Shown here one piece after another: positions 63,297 to 64,000 of a DNA stretch of 64,000 bases (within the stretch, counting starts at the first letter, position 1; each line of letters begins with the position of its first letter). The notes beneath the pieces are model-generated. The model did no database searches, was not told the origin of the DNA, and saw only the letters and a list, made by a program, of their open reading frames with translations. The translations under genes and the position numbers were made by a program. The DNA comes from Mobula birostris. Lineage: Eukaryota. The stretch lies in NCBI RefSeq assembly GCF_030028105.1, contig NC_092400.1:30586206-30650205 (forward strand). Direction: 5' to 3'.

Positions 63297-63460
63297 AATT
63301 CTTGGCAGTACAGGGAATAGGGACGAATTTATAGAAAGATCTGATCTACAAGATGTCTTCTGTGCCTTTTACTCCGCACCGACTCTCAGCTCTGCGCCGT
63401 ATCTGTGTGGGCTTCTTCTGAGCGCTGCCGATCTACTTTCCGGTGTCAGACCCGTCTCCG
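63297..63460 (-). other. Predicted non-coding exon 1 of ISG15 copy E
   Basis: Aligns with 2310-2470. Donor AATT|GTAAGG. The 5' end is an estimate. Confidence 0.55.
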
Positions 63461-63549
63461 CCTTCCTCCGCCCGCTATTTTTTATTTTCCGCGCTGGTTT
63501 CGGACCCTCGCCGAGCCGCTGTCCTGATTGCACAGCCCTGATGGTGACG

Positions 63550-63660
63550 GTGTCGACAAACAAACCAACCAGATTCCAGCCAGACTTCCCGGGAAATTCC
63601 CCTGCCGTGTTTGGAAAAAGTCTCCATCCTGTTCCAGGGTTGAAGATTATCGGCTATCTC
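63550..63660 (-). promoter_or_regulatory. Copy E promoter homolog: STAT-type palindrome TTCCCGGGAA (63586-63595) overlapping a consensus NF-kB site GGGAAATTCC(CC) (63591-63602); no ISRE
   Basis: Flanks align with the A-D promoters (gacaaacaaacca...ttccagcc...ttggaaa...cagggtt). Confidence 0.7.
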
Positions 63661-63689
63661 ATTGAACCCTCAGGAAGGCTAAACGAAGG

Positions 63690-64000
63690 CATGCTCTAGC
63701 AGATAAACTGAAGAAGAATCCCAAGGGCTTCTACAGATAAATTACGAGGAACAAAATTGGTCCTCTTGAAGATCAGAGTGGTCATCAATGCATGAGGCCG
63801 AAAGAGACGGAGGTGGGGTGGGGGGAGAGATTTTAAACGGATTTTTTTTTTGCATCTGTATTTACTCATGAGACCGATACAGAGTCTTTAGGAATGAGCA
63901 ACACAGCAGTGAGGTCACAGACCGTATACGGATTACAGAGGAGGAGCTGGTTACTGTCTTGAGGCAAATCAGAGTGAATAAATCCCCAGGGCCTGACAGG
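63690..64000 (+). mobile_element. CR1 fragment running off the window edge
   Basis: KKNPKGFY...IGPLEDQSG...KSPGPD, homologous to 19690-19990. Confidence 0.8.

Overview
Vertebrate genomic DNA, not prokaryotic. A cartilaginous fish is likely, inferred from the CR1/Penelope-rich repeats, fish-type ISG15 proteins and an OAS-family gene. The window is an interferon-effector locus. It holds five minus-strand ISG15-like di-ubiquitin genes: A (partial, at the left edge), B, C and D in a ~6.7-8.6 kb tandem array, plus a divergent copy E at ~55.5-63.6 kb with a Q40* stop. Each has a predicted non-coding exon 1 and a single coding exon. Copies A-D have an ISRE/NF-kB-type promoter. Between D and E lies a plus-strand OASL-like gene with four recognisable exons, an in-frame TAG, and no 5' catalytic exons that I could find. 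Its tandem ubiquitin-like tail carries LRVRGG plus a 12-aa extension, like an unprocessed ubiquitin-like modifier. The most interesting hypothesis is an ISG15/OASL cluster in which the OAS-family protein is itself conjugatable. The ISG15 paralogs are also diversifying their promoters: ISRE dosage differs, and copy E has a STAT/kB composite in place of the ISRE. The rest is transposons: CR1, Rex1/Babar, Penelope-like elements with hammerhead-like motifs, hAT, pogo/Tigger, Tc1, solo LTRs and a SINE. Exon models and motif calls were made by eye, and most TE boundaries are approximate.
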